64,000 nt of DNA from Candidatus Gorgyraea atricola. Its GTDB lineage: Bacteria; Omnitrophota; Gorgyraeia; Gorgyraeales; Gorgyraeaceae. Location: NCBI GenBank assembly GCA_030765235.1, contig JAVCCW010000006.1:1789-65788 (forward strand), written 5' to 3'. The notes beneath the pieces were generated by a model, which saw only the letters and a list, made by a program, of their open reading frames with translations, searched no databases and was not told where the DNA came from. Shown here piece after piece: positions 36,632 to 45,390 of the stretch (position 1 is its first letter; each line of letters opens with the position of its first letter). A program made the translations under genes and the position numbers.

Positions 36632-37245
36632 AGTTTAGCCAATGGACACTCTGCACACAAAGGCCTCCTGGCATTACATATGGCCCTGCCATGGTCAACC
36701 ATCATATAATTAAAATCAAGCCAGTCTTTTTTTTGCACGATTTTTAAAAGATCTTGTTCTGTCTTGTTTGGATCAGTTGCCTTGCTCAATCCCAATCTCC
36801 CAGAAAGTCTCTTTACATGCGTATCAACAGCTATGCCCTCTGCCTTTTTAAAGCCGCTCGATAATACTATATTTGCTGTTTTACGCGCTACACCTGCTAA
36901 AGAAATAAGCCCGTCCATGCTATCCGGGACCATTCCATTGAAATCTTTAACTATTCTTTTCGAGGCAGCAATAATATTCTTTGCCTTATTCCTGTAAAAA
37001 CCTGTTGAGCGGATCTCTTTCTCTAAGGTAGACCTTTTTGCCTTTGCAAAACCCTGTACTGTCTTATATTTTTTGAAAAGCCCTGGCGTTATCTTATTGA
37101 CTCTTTCGTCAGTACACTGGGCAGAAAGGATTGTGGCTATTAAGATCTGAAAGGGTGTCTTGTGGTGTAGTGCAGTGTGGCTTCGAGGATAACTCTTATG
37201 CAATATCTTTATGATGTCTACTACTCTATCCTCGCTGGACTTCAT
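36607..37245 (-). CDS. nth: Endonuclease III
   Basis: HhH LAGVARKTANIVL, catalytic K, C-terminal CX6CX2CX5C [4Fe-4S] loop. Confidence 0.9.
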   Translation of the reverse strand: MKSSEDRVVDIIKILHKSYPRSHTALHHKTPFQILIATILSAQCTDERVNKITPGLFKKYKTVQGFAKAKRSTLEKEIRSTGFYRNKAKNIIAASKRIVKDFNGMVPDSMDGLISLAGVARKTANIVLSSGFKKAEGIAVDTHVKRLSGRLGLSKATDPNKTEQDLLKIVQKKDWLDFNYMMVDHGRAICNARRPLCAECPLAKLCPSAKKI

Positions 37246-37252
37246 CCTACCT

Positions 37253-37984
37253 TTATGTCTTCTTTCTCAGTAACGCACCTAAAAAATTAACTCCCAGTAA
37301 GGCATAGAGCTCTGCCTCTAATAAAACTCCAAACTGATAGAACGCAAAGATAAATGTAGCAACACCTATACCGAATAGTATCTGTGAACTGCTCCTTACA
37401 GGTGTTGTCCTTGGCTCGATCATCATGACAAATATAAAGAAATAATTAAGATATGCTACTATATCTAGAAGAGACACGTTGTGAAGAAATGCCTGTGGGG
37501 CATGCAAGAAAAGCGAGGTAATAAAGAAACTCATGATTATGCTAAGCCTTTTTATCCTTGAGGCAAAATAGATACCTATCGGAACAAGGATATACCATGA
37601 GTACGCTGTCTTCCACTCTGTATACGCCCCAAAAAACAGCACCACTGTAAAGATCCCTAAGGCAGCAGGATTAAATATATGTACCTTGCGAAATCTAATA
37701 ACATGTTTAGAGACTATTGCAAATATGCTGGCCAGTGCTATAATCAGCCAGCTCCCTTGACTCGATAGAACATACCCGATGATCAAACCGGTCACGATCG
37801 AGCTTTCAGTTACTGTAATTTTTTTATTCTTCAGGTAGTTGATCAATGTATCCGTAGCCGCTGAAAATAAAACTGCTATAAAAATGGCAAAGAGAAATAG
37901 AAAATCTTTTTCTATAAAGGCAATGTATGCGGCAAATAATCCTAAAAAAAGGCTGAGCTGAACTTTTATCGATGTTAGTTTCAT
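37253..37984 (-). CDS. Polytopic membrane protein (uncharacterised)
   Basis: 7-8 TM helices, FNPAALG motif; no assignable family. Confidence 0.45.
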   Translation of the reverse strand: MKLTSIKVQLSLFLGLFAAYIAFIEKDFLFLFAIFIAVLFSAATDTLINYLKNKKITVTESSIVTGLIIGYVLSSQGSWLIIALASIFAIVSKHVIRFRKVHIFNPAALGIFTVVLFFGAYTEWKTAYSWYILVPIGIYFASRIKRLSIIMSFFITSLFLHAPQAFLHNVSLLDIVAYLNYFFIFVMMIEPRTTPVRSSSQILFGIGVATFIFAFYQFGVLLEAELYALLGVNFLGALLRKKT

Positions 37985-38002
37985 AATAAATGATTCTCCT
38001 TT

Positions 38003-38893
38003 CTACTTAAGCCTGGCCAAATATCTAAACACGCCAAGCAAGGCCTTTGCCCCTTCCCCTGCGGCAATTATAATCTGCTTCTCAGGAACATCAGTAACAT
38101 CTCCTGCGGCAAATACGCCTGGGACATTAGTACGATTATAGCTATCGACTTTTATCTCTCCCTGCTTATTTTTTTCTATTGCCTCTACAAATGAAGAATT
38201 CGGTACAAGGCCTATCTCTACAAATATCCCCTGTACAGGAATTGTCTCTTTCCCTATCTTAACACCTGTCACCATTTTGTCACCTAAAACAGCGCTGACC
38301 TGGCTATTATTTAAAATAGTGACTTTATCGCTATTCTTTAATTTTTCCTGCATTATAGGATCGCCTGTCAGGCTATCCGTGATATTTATCATGTGCACGT
38401 GTTTTGCTATATTCACTAATTGCAATGCTGCATCAAGCGCTGAGTTCCCACCGCCTATAACCGCAACGTCTTTGCCTGAAAACAAAGGGCCATCGCATGT
38501 TGCGCAATACGTAAGGCCTTTATTCTTAAACTCTTTTTCACCTGGCACACCTAATTCTCTTGAGCGTTTGCCTGAGGCAATTATAGCTGTTTTTGTCTCA
38601 TATTTAGCCTTGTTCGTCTTGACATGGATTAAATTGTCTCTTTTTGTAAGCTCAACAACCTCTTCATTTTCCTTTAAAGGGATATTGTATCGCTTCATAT
38701 GTTCTTCAAACTTAGACGCAAGGTCAGGACCTGTTACGAATTGATAGCCAGTATAATTTTCTATATCTCCACTCCAGGCAGTCTGCCCTCCAATATCTTT
38801 TGAGATGACAATAAAATTCATTTTTTTTCGCGCAGCATAGACAACTGCAGTTATTCCTGCTGGTCCTGCGCCGACAATGATCAGATCAAGCAT
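38003..38893 (-). CDS. Thioredoxin-reductase-like FAD/NAD(P) oxidoreductase (CATC)
   Basis: IIVGAGPAG FAD motif, redox CATCDG, second Rossmann fold VIGGGNSA; 296 aa. Confidence 0.8.
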   Translation of the reverse strand: MLDLIIVGAGPAGITAVVYAARKKMNFIVISKDIGGQTAWSGDIENYTGYQFVTGPDLASKFEEHMKRYNIPLKENEEVVELTKRDNLIHVKTNKAKYETKTAIIASGKRSRELGVPGEKEFKNKGLTYCATCDGPLFSGKDVAVIGGGNSALDAALQLVNIAKHVHMINITDSLTGDPIMQEKLKNSDKVTILNNSQVSAVLGDKMVTGVKIGKETIPVQGIFVEIGLVPNSSFVEAIEKNKQGEIKVDSYNRTNVPGVFAAGDVTDVPEKQIIIAAGEGAKALLGVFRYLARLK

Positions 38894-39367
38894 CTATTTA
38901 TCTCCATGTCTTATATGATGTGGCGTCAGATCGACTATTTCTCCTACTTCCACAGCTATCAAATATTCTGGCTTGGGCAAAAGTGCCTCTGGATGGCGAG
39001 GGTGGCCTTTCTGCCCCTGGATATTTTTGAGAAGCCTAAGGGATATTCTCTTTGTAATCTTTTCTTCCCATTTTTTTACAGTATCAGAGTGTATGTCTTT
39101 TTCCTTGACCATCTTTGCCACACCCTTTAAGCAATACCCTATAAACTTATGCTCATCAACAGCTGTTATGCTAATATGCGGGTTTTGCTTTAGGTTTTCG
39201 TAGGTCCTTTCTTTATAGACATCGAGTAGATACACCTTTCCTTCTTCTTCTATATCCACTATGCCTTTACAGGAATTGTGCGGACAGCCTTTCTCATCTA
39301 TGGTTGTAACAATAGTGTAAGGCTGTTTATGAAAAAAACTTATTATGCCCTGATTTAATTTTTTCAT
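38894..39367 (-). CDS. PNPOx-like FMN-binding split-barrel protein
   Basis: 157 aa; pattern typical of the pyridoxamine-5'-phosphate-oxidase-like fold. Confidence 0.5.
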   Translation of the reverse strand: MKKLNQGIISFFHKQPYTIVTTIDEKGCPHNSCKGIVDIEEEGKVYLLDVYKERTYENLKQNPHISITAVDEHKFIGYCLKGVAKMVKEKDIHSDTVKKWEEKITKRISLRLLKNIQGQKGHPRHPEALLPKPEYLIAVEVGEIVDLTPHHIRHGDK

Positions 39368-39741
39368 GCAATTTCCTTAGAGCCCTGCCATAAGCCATGT
39401 ATATTACAGTAAGAAGAGGCCAGAATAGTCCCTGGTTTTCCTGTTTTAAGCTTTAAGATTACTTCAGGATCAGTGTAGACTGTGCTTGTATCTGGTCCCT
39501 GGCCTGATTCTCCGTGGGATGAGAATTCAAACCTCCCGACTTCATAAGGAGATTTCTCACCCTTAGGAAGAAAATACACCTCTATCCAACGTATATGATG
39601 GGCGGTAGTATTGGGATGCGCGATCTCTTTACCCACAGTCACTGTAATAGAAAGTGGCTTATCCTTGGTTATCTCGATTACTGGTACATGCTTTTCCTTT
39701 TTCCAATCAGCAGCCTGGAATAGATCCTTAAGTTCAGACAT
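39364..39741 (-). CDS. sor: Superoxide reductase (1Fe-SOR / neelaredoxin type)
   Basis: EKHVPVI motif and His/Cys iron ligands (H..H...C..H); 125 aa. Confidence 0.85.
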   Translation of the reverse strand: MSELKDLFQAADWKKEKHVPVIEITKDKPLSITVTVGKEIAHPNTTAHHIRWIEVYFLPKGEKSPYEVGRFEFSSHGESGQGPDTSTVYTDPEVILKLKTGKPGTILASSYCNIHGLWQGSKEIA

Positions 39742-39749
39742 AAAACCTC

Positions 39750-40175
39750 CTATTTTTTTATAAAATCTACGTATATTGCCAATGCCAGAGCCAGCGCAGA
39801 TGAAACAAATATAAAAAAGTAATTTATCTTGTCCTTCTTTGAGCTTAATTTACAAATTATAGTACCCAATACATCAAGGTCGTGTTCTGAAAGTTCTTTC
39901 TTATTGAGCAATTTATCTTTTAACCCTGTATTATCCAATTCCCTGTGTAAAACTTGATCGTACCTGAACTTGTAGACAAAAAATATAAAAAACCCAACTA
40001 CACCTATATACCACAGTGCCTTGGCAAAGACTGGATTAACATCTAAAACCAGATTCACTGCCCTCAAAGATATTACAGCAATAAGCGCAATAAAGAAAAG
40101 CACCCACGATACTGCAGACTCCTTACACGTCTTCAGCTTAAAACAATCATAACATACAAATTTGTTGTCTTTCAT
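39750..40175 (-). CDS. Hypothetical membrane protein
   Basis: N-terminal CxxC, three TM helices. Confidence 0.4.
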   Translation of the reverse strand: MKDNKFVCYDCFKLKTCKESAVSWVLFFIALIAVISLRAVNLVLDVNPVFAKALWYIGVVGFFIFFVYKFRYDQVLHRELDNTGLKDKLLNKKELSEHDLDVLGTIICKLSSKKDKINYFFIFVSSALALALAIYVDFIKK

Positions 40176-40241
40176 GGTGTATATATGATACTACTGTGGG
40201 CTTATTGAGTCAAGGTAAGGAAGGGATTTTAACTCGTAGTA

Positions 40242-40267
40242 GTAGGCCAGGTTTAAACCTGGCCTAC
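40242..40267. repeat. REP-like palindrome GTAGGCCAGGTTTAAACCTGGCCTAC (copy 2)
   Basis: Identical core to 12821-12846 and 45352-45377, preceded by TAGTAG as in copy 3. Confidence 0.8.
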
Positions 40268-40303
40268 AAAAAAAGTGAGGGCAAGATAAAGCGTAAGGCA
40301 CGT

Positions 40304-40600
40304 TTAAACTAAAAACCGCCTTATCTGGTCGTGGCTACCTGCTAATGTCGCTATGCACCTATTGCCTTCCTTATTAATTATAACACGAATATTCTTTTCA
40401 ACACCAGCTTCGTAATAAGAGTCTCTTAATTTCTTATAGAAAAAATTAGAAGCTTTTCTTTGAGCTTCCAATAAATTGCACCCTGTAGAATAATAAACAT
40501 CCAAGGCCTCTAAGATTAATCCGACTACCTTTTTTTGCTCTGAACCTAAGCGTTTGGTGCTTCTATTAAAAGATGGTCTATAATAAAGCTCGTATGGCAC
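40304..40600 (-). CDS. Type II toxin, RelE/ParE-fold
   Basis: 98 aa; N-terminal Y.L.Y...F.K..KRL pattern and C-terminal IRVIINKEGN...GSHDQI resemble RelE/ParE; abuts the antitoxin gene. Confidence 0.5.
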   Translation of the reverse strand: MPYELYYRPSFNRSTKRLGSEQKKVVGLILEALDVYYSTGCNLLEAQRKASNFFYKKLRDSYYEAGVEKNIRVIINKEGNRCIATLAGSHDQIRRFLV

Positions 40601-40855
40601 TTATTTTCCTCTTTTAAGGCTGTCTATCTGCTTCTTTGTAATTCTTTTTTCTTTGCCTTTTTCTTTCTTTGAAAGAGCTTCCAGCTTTTCATAAACATCA
40701 TCAGAGAATTCAACCCTTCTTACCTCGAGTGGAACGAGCTCAATCTTATCATCAGCGACCTCCACCTCAAACATAGCCCCTTTTTTAAGCTTGAGCACGT
40801 CTGTTATCTTCTTAGGTATTGTTATTTGATTTTTCGCTGTCATAGTAACTGTCAT
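40601..40855 (-). CDS. AbrB/MazE/SpoVT-family antitoxin
   Basis: MTAKNQITIPKKI swapped-hairpin motif; strong RBS GGAGGTGA before the ATG at 40855. Confidence 0.7.
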   Translation of the reverse strand: MTVTMTAKNQITIPKKITDVLKLKKGAMFEVEVADDKIELVPLEVRRVEFSDDVYEKLEALSKKEKGKEKRITKKQIDSLKRGK

Positions 40856-40876
40856 TTTCCTCACCTCCCAATATAA

Positions 40877-40923
40877 GTATACCATAAAGTAAGGAATTCG
40901 TCAATATAGAAAGTAAGGAATTA
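40877..40923 (-). promoter_or_regulatory. TA operon promoter (TTGACG-17-TGGTATACT) flanked by direct repeats AAGTAAGGAATT (candidate operator)
   Basis: The -35 hexamer is bracketed by two copies of AAGTAAGGAATT (40888-40899, 40912-40923). Confidence 0.4.
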
Positions 40924-41112
40924 AGGAAAACTAAATCTGTGCCCTCTCTTATATAAGACACATCAGAAGGCGATTTTCTTTCAATTATTTTAGGAAATTT
41001 AAAAATCGGGAGGGATTTTAAGTGATAGGGTGTACCCAAATAGGACGTCTACTATTTCGTCCAAATAGGACGTCGCCGCTTGTCACGCTTGTGTGCTTGT
41101 CACTTGTATTTG

Positions 41113-44100
41113 CTATATTTCCTCTTTCAAGTTTTTCCTTCCACGCATAGTCTTTTCTATCTTCTTTATACCGATTGTCAAAAAATTGACACTATCTAGT
41201 TTCTTTTTGGCTATCTCTCCAATCTCACCATATTCTGCTCCAGTAAGACGCTTTAGTGCCTCTAGCGCTGAAGATGTCCCCATAGAGACAAGCGCATCTG
41301 GAATATTGCTTCTGATTCCTACGCCAATCTCTCCATCCGAGACTATTTTTTCAATAAAATCAACAGCGCCGTCAGTCCCTAAGGTTTTTAGAACGTCAAT
41401 AAAACCAATCAATAAAAAGTACCTACGTCCAAAGCCTCCATCTTCTTCTTTTTTCAATCCTTTAATCCAGTCGTATAATTTATATAATTCAGGCAATGCT
41501 ACATCTTCTCCTAAGTAACCTATTAAAGAAATGGCTTTTTGCCCAGAACCAGCATCCTGTTTCTTGATAATCTTTACCAAAATCTTTAAAACATTTTGTT
41601 TTTGTGGAATCTCTTTTGTCAAATAATAGGCTCTATTTTTAAGCGCCTCAATCCTTATACCTTTAGGAGCTTTTTCGTCGAGAAAGATATTTAAGTATAC
41701 ATCCTCTGCAATCTCTTTGCTGATATTTCCTATGGAATCGAGTGCGGTCTGAGCTATAGATTTATGTTGGGTTTTACCACATGCAACATTAACCAATGCA
41801 TCTATTGCCCCTGGATCTTTTAGTTTCTCAAGGGCTTTTATCGCGCGCAATTTAACTGTCCATTTAGCATCAGGATCGGTCAGGGCCTCGACTAATGTAC
41901 TAAAATATTTTTCGGGAGATTTCTCTATCTGCCAAAATGGTACTCTTTTGTATATAAGAGGATGCCTAACCTTTTTTATAAATAAATCTGAAGAATCCAA
42001 AAGCTCCTCAGGCCCTGAAATGATTTCAAAGCCGCCTCCATCACCCTTAAAAAGCCTGCCGGCATCCTCAAAAAGCTTAATCAACTCTATTCTAACAGTG
42101 TAGCCAATATGATATAACTGAACACAGTCTAACTTCGCAACTCTATACAATTCACTCGCAACCCTGTCCGCGTTAATATAGTGCCATATTTCAAAATTTC
42201 TGAAATCACGACCTGCTTCCTCTCCTAGTTCTATTACAAAATCTAACACGCTAATGCCTATGATATAATCGAACGTCTCATCACTAAAAGGCAGCTGTGT
42301 AATACTTCCCCTGCGAATAGGCACTCCATAATCTTGTTTTGCCACTCTTAGCGCGCGCCAATTTATATCACATGCTGTTAGATCAGCATCATATTTTGTT
42401 CGCAGGTGGTGACAGAAAAACGACTCCCACCCAGGTGCCAATTCAAGCCCTTTTCTTTTTCTATTGAAAAAATTTCTCAAAAATTCGTCAACCGCTTTAT
42501 CTCCATTTGAATCTATGCCGTTTATACGACAAAATTCTTGTATGGTACTAAAAGAGAGAGGACTTATCCTCTTCCCTATTAGTTGACCATCTGCATTATA
42601 TGTACGATACCACTTATCATATTCATCCACAGGCATTAATTTAAATTCTTCCTGAAGCCATAACTCTATTTCCTGCTGCGACCCGCTTAGCAAAACATCA
42701 GGACATGATTCATACTCCAATAACCTGAACGATATCCATTCATAAAAATTCATCCTGTCTGTATAGTTGTCGACTTCTATCTTGCCAATTTTTTTCTTAA
42801 CGTTATTAGGTAGAGAATCTCCGACCGACTTTATCGCAGTTAATATTACTGGTACTCTTTGATCTAACTCAGGATGAATATCAAAAAACTCGATAAAATC
42901 AGGATATAACCTCTTTATGAAAAAACCTCGCCAGTTCTTTTTAATGGTCGGTATTATTTTCTCCGAGAAGATTCTCTTGTCTTCAACGAGAGCGGAAACG
43001 CCTTGCTCAAACAGATAAAACCGGGGATGTTTTTCTAGCGGGTGTTGCGTGGGAGTAAAGTGCAGATTTCCGGAAGACTCAATCCAGCCTCGACGCTCTA
43101 AAAACCTTAAAAAACTTTTAGGATCATCAGGATCGCGTTTACGTCCTTTATCTATATAGACCTCTGCGCCAATTACATTTCTGATAATCTTGTCTAAGCT
43201 AAAAGACTCGCCGATTTCAAAGTCCCTCCTAATATACTTGAATAGCTCATAAAAATCTATGAACCGTTCAACAAGATAAGGGGTTTGAACAAATAGCTTT
43301 ATCATCTCCTGTAGTAAATCAGGGTCCCGGGCAGGCAAATTGAGTTTTATAGTGGTAAGGCCTCTTGCTTTTATTAAATCAACTGTCTCTTTTTCGCGAG
43401 ATATTTTCCCGAATTCTGACATGCGGTACTCAAGAAACTTGCGTGCCGTACCGTAGTTATTTCTTCCATCTAACTCGTAAGTAACTAAATCTCTCAAGAA
43501 AAGGGAGGCCTCGGGCTTTATTCTGTAAATCCTAGCCTTTACAGGCTTATTTTTTGCAAAGCATAAAAATGCTCGGTGCGTACCTTGAAAAATAAAATAC
43601 TTCCCATTACCTAAATCTAAAACATCTATGCAATGGTCTTCTGTATCAGTAAAGACTTCTATAGTTTGACCAGTTTCATCTAGCATCCTTAACATATCTA
43701 TTAACTGCAATATGGCAGGAGGATGCATAAATATAGCTTTATTACGCGATATGTGTTTATATTCGTCTGTAATCTCCCATAATTTTTCTTCATCAGGCAT
43801 CTCTTTTGCTTTAGCAGTGTAGCCAGCCATACCTTCTTTTAATGGCTCTTTTCCCTGAAATTTATATTGACGGCTCAATAGATGCCCCTCTGTGGTACTG
43901 GAGAAACTCCCGCATTCTCCAAAAACATGCATCGGCAAATACAGCTTCCAGTCAAGCAGTAGCCTTTTATTGCCTAACCTGAATCCGACACCGTCATCCG
44001 TAGCCTCGTATTTAACTGCAGAGATATTGGATGATATTTTATCTTTTAGGGCTTCTAGTCTACTCTTCTCTTCTCCTATACCTGCGGACAGAGGCTTCCT

Positions 44101-44193
44101 GAGACTAGTACCTGTTGCTGTATTAGCCAACAACAACAGGCCTATCGCAATCACCAAGACCCTTAAATTACACCCTTTTCTAATCATTCTCAT
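41113..44193 (-). CDS. Large exported protein with SAM-methyltransferase-like motif and C-terminal HEAT/PBS-lyase repeats
   Basis: Signal peptide; class I MTase motif II (RGSITQLPFSDETFDYII); HEAT_2-like TVKLRAIKALEKLKDPGAIDALV; 1026 aa. Confidence 0.5.
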   Translation of the reverse strand: MRMIRKGCNLRVLVIAIGLLLLANTATGTSLRKPLSAGIGEEKSRLEALKDKISSNISAVKYEATDDGVGFRLGNKRLLLDWKLYLPMHVFGECGSFSSTTEGHLLSRQYKFQGKEPLKEGMAGYTAKAKEMPDEEKLWEITDEYKHISRNKAIFMHPPAILQLIDMLRMLDETGQTIEVFTDTEDHCIDVLDLGNGKYFIFQGTHRAFLCFAKNKPVKARIYRIKPEASLFLRDLVTYELDGRNNYGTARKFLEYRMSEFGKISREKETVDLIKARGLTTIKLNLPARDPDLLQEMIKLFVQTPYLVERFIDFYELFKYIRRDFEIGESFSLDKIIRNVIGAEVYIDKGRKRDPDDPKSFLRFLERRGWIESSGNLHFTPTQHPLEKHPRFYLFEQGVSALVEDKRIFSEKIIPTIKKNWRGFFIKRLYPDFIEFFDIHPELDQRVPVILTAIKSVGDSLPNNVKKKIGKIEVDNYTDRMNFYEWISFRLLEYESCPDVLLSGSQQEIELWLQEEFKLMPVDEYDKWYRTYNADGQLIGKRISPLSFSTIQEFCRINGIDSNGDKAVDEFLRNFFNRKRKGLELAPGWESFFCHHLRTKYDADLTACDINWRALRVAKQDYGVPIRRGSITQLPFSDETFDYIIGISVLDFVIELGEEAGRDFRNFEIWHYINADRVASELYRVAKLDCVQLYHIGYTVRIELIKLFEDAGRLFKGDGGGFEIISGPEELLDSSDLFIKKVRHPLIYKRVPFWQIEKSPEKYFSTLVEALTDPDAKWTVKLRAIKALEKLKDPGAIDALVNVACGKTQHKSIAQTALDSIGNISKEIAEDVYLNIFLDEKAPKGIRIEALKNRAYYLTKEIPQKQNVLKILVKIIKKQDAGSGQKAISLIGYLGEDVALPELYKLYDWIKGLKKEEDGGFGRRYFLLIGFIDVLKTLGTDGAVDFIEKIVSDGEIGVGIRSNIPDALVSMGTSSALEALKRLTGAEYGEIGEIAKKKLDSVNFLTIGIKKIEKTMRGRKNLKEEI

Positions 44194-44319
44194 AATCTAC
44201 CCAAAAAAATAGCCTCTGCCTGTCTCATAAGGCTATATTGCTCCTATGTTTATTGTAATGTAATTATACCATATAAATAGGCCTTTGGGAAGAGCTTTTT
44301 TAGGCAATTTTTAGGTAAT

Positions 44320-45312
44320 TTAAAATATTGCATTTGCCAACATTCCGAGGGCTATTACTTGGGGTACTGTGATTATTGGGAGCCATATTGCTACGCGCTT
44401 GCCTACATTGACCCATAAAAGGCCTATTTCTGTATAATCTGTTACTACGCCTGCCATCAGGAATACGAATGCGTTTCCAAACGCGCCTGTTTGTCTGTAT
44501 ATCTCGAATGCTAATGGAGCTGTGCCTTCTGAGCATACCTCCATAATCGTCGCCACTATAAGAGTCACGATCAAGCCCATAAACGTAGGCCCCATATAAT
44601 TCTGAAAGATATTATGCGGCATATACGCGCCTACTAAGCTCGCGAGACCGATACCTGCTAATATCCACCACAGAATCATATTGGCAAGTGATAGCGCGCC
44701 TTTATATATGCCTTTTATATCATTCATTGAGAACTTATATGATGAAGATCTATTTTTTATATCATGCGCAACAGAAAATCCCACTTTTGTCTCTACGCTA
44801 TTTTTATTTGTCTCTATGAGGCCTTTTGCTTGCAGCACCTGAAAGATGAGTCCCGTAGTTATTGCAATAATAATCGCGCACAAAACTATATAAAGCGCCT
44901 TTATACCAAAAAATGCCATGAGCATTATTGTAAGTGGCAGATTTGCCCAAGGGCTTGCTAAAAGAAACGCCACGACCGCGGGATTCGACGCGCCTTTTTT
45001 GTGTAACTGAATGGATAGCGCAAGTATGCCGTGACTGCAGGCGCTCATAAAGAATCCAAGTATTACTGAATAGAGTATCGTCCTTTTCTTGGGGCTAGCC
45101 AGTATATGCGAGATATATTTTCTAGGGATAAAATGATCTATCACGCCGCCTAAAAACAGGCCTAAAAGAATCGCCCACCAGATCCTGTGTACATACATAA
45201 AAAAGGCGTCTCTAAAAGGTTCTAGGATGCATAAAATTCCTAAAATAGCTGCGATAATGACTATTTTATTCTTATACCATTTAGTTTTTTGGCAATGCTC
45301 ACAACTATCCAT
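44320..45312 (-). CDS. DUF318/ArsP-like permease
   Basis: Polytopic; conserved SACSHG and MEVCSEGTAP motifs of the permease family. Confidence 0.55.
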   Translation of the reverse strand: MDSCEHCQKTKWYKNKIVIIAAILGILCILEPFRDAFFMYVHRIWWAILLGLFLGGVIDHFIPRKYISHILASPKKRTILYSVILGFFMSACSHGILALSIQLHKKGASNPAVVAFLLASPWANLPLTIMLMAFFGIKALYIVLCAIIIAITTGLIFQVLQAKGLIETNKNSVETKVGFSVAHDIKNRSSSYKFSMNDIKGIYKGALSLANMILWWILAGIGLASLVGAYMPHNIFQNYMGPTFMGLIVTLIVATIMEVCSEGTAPLAFEIYRQTGAFGNAFVFLMAGVVTDYTEIGLLWVNVGKRVAIWLPIITVPQVIALGMLANAIF

Positions 45313-45351
45313 CTCTACTCCGTGCTAACTTTGCTCTGTCCCTCTGTAGTA

Positions 45352-45377
45352 GTAGGCCAGGTTTAAACCTGGCCTAC
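45352..45377. repeat. REP-like palindrome GTAGGCCAGGTTTAAACCTGGCCTAC (copy 3)
   Basis: Extended stem CCCTCTG...CAGAGGG with TAGTAG bulge. Confidence 0.8.
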
Positions 45378-45390
45378 AGAGGGGCGTAAG

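Noticed and set aside
40812-41039. 75-aa ORF overlapping the antitoxin start and the TA promoter
   Set aside because: It overlaps the predicted promoter/operator and the true antitoxin start (strong RBS at 40856-40870). No RBS of its own. Likely spurious.
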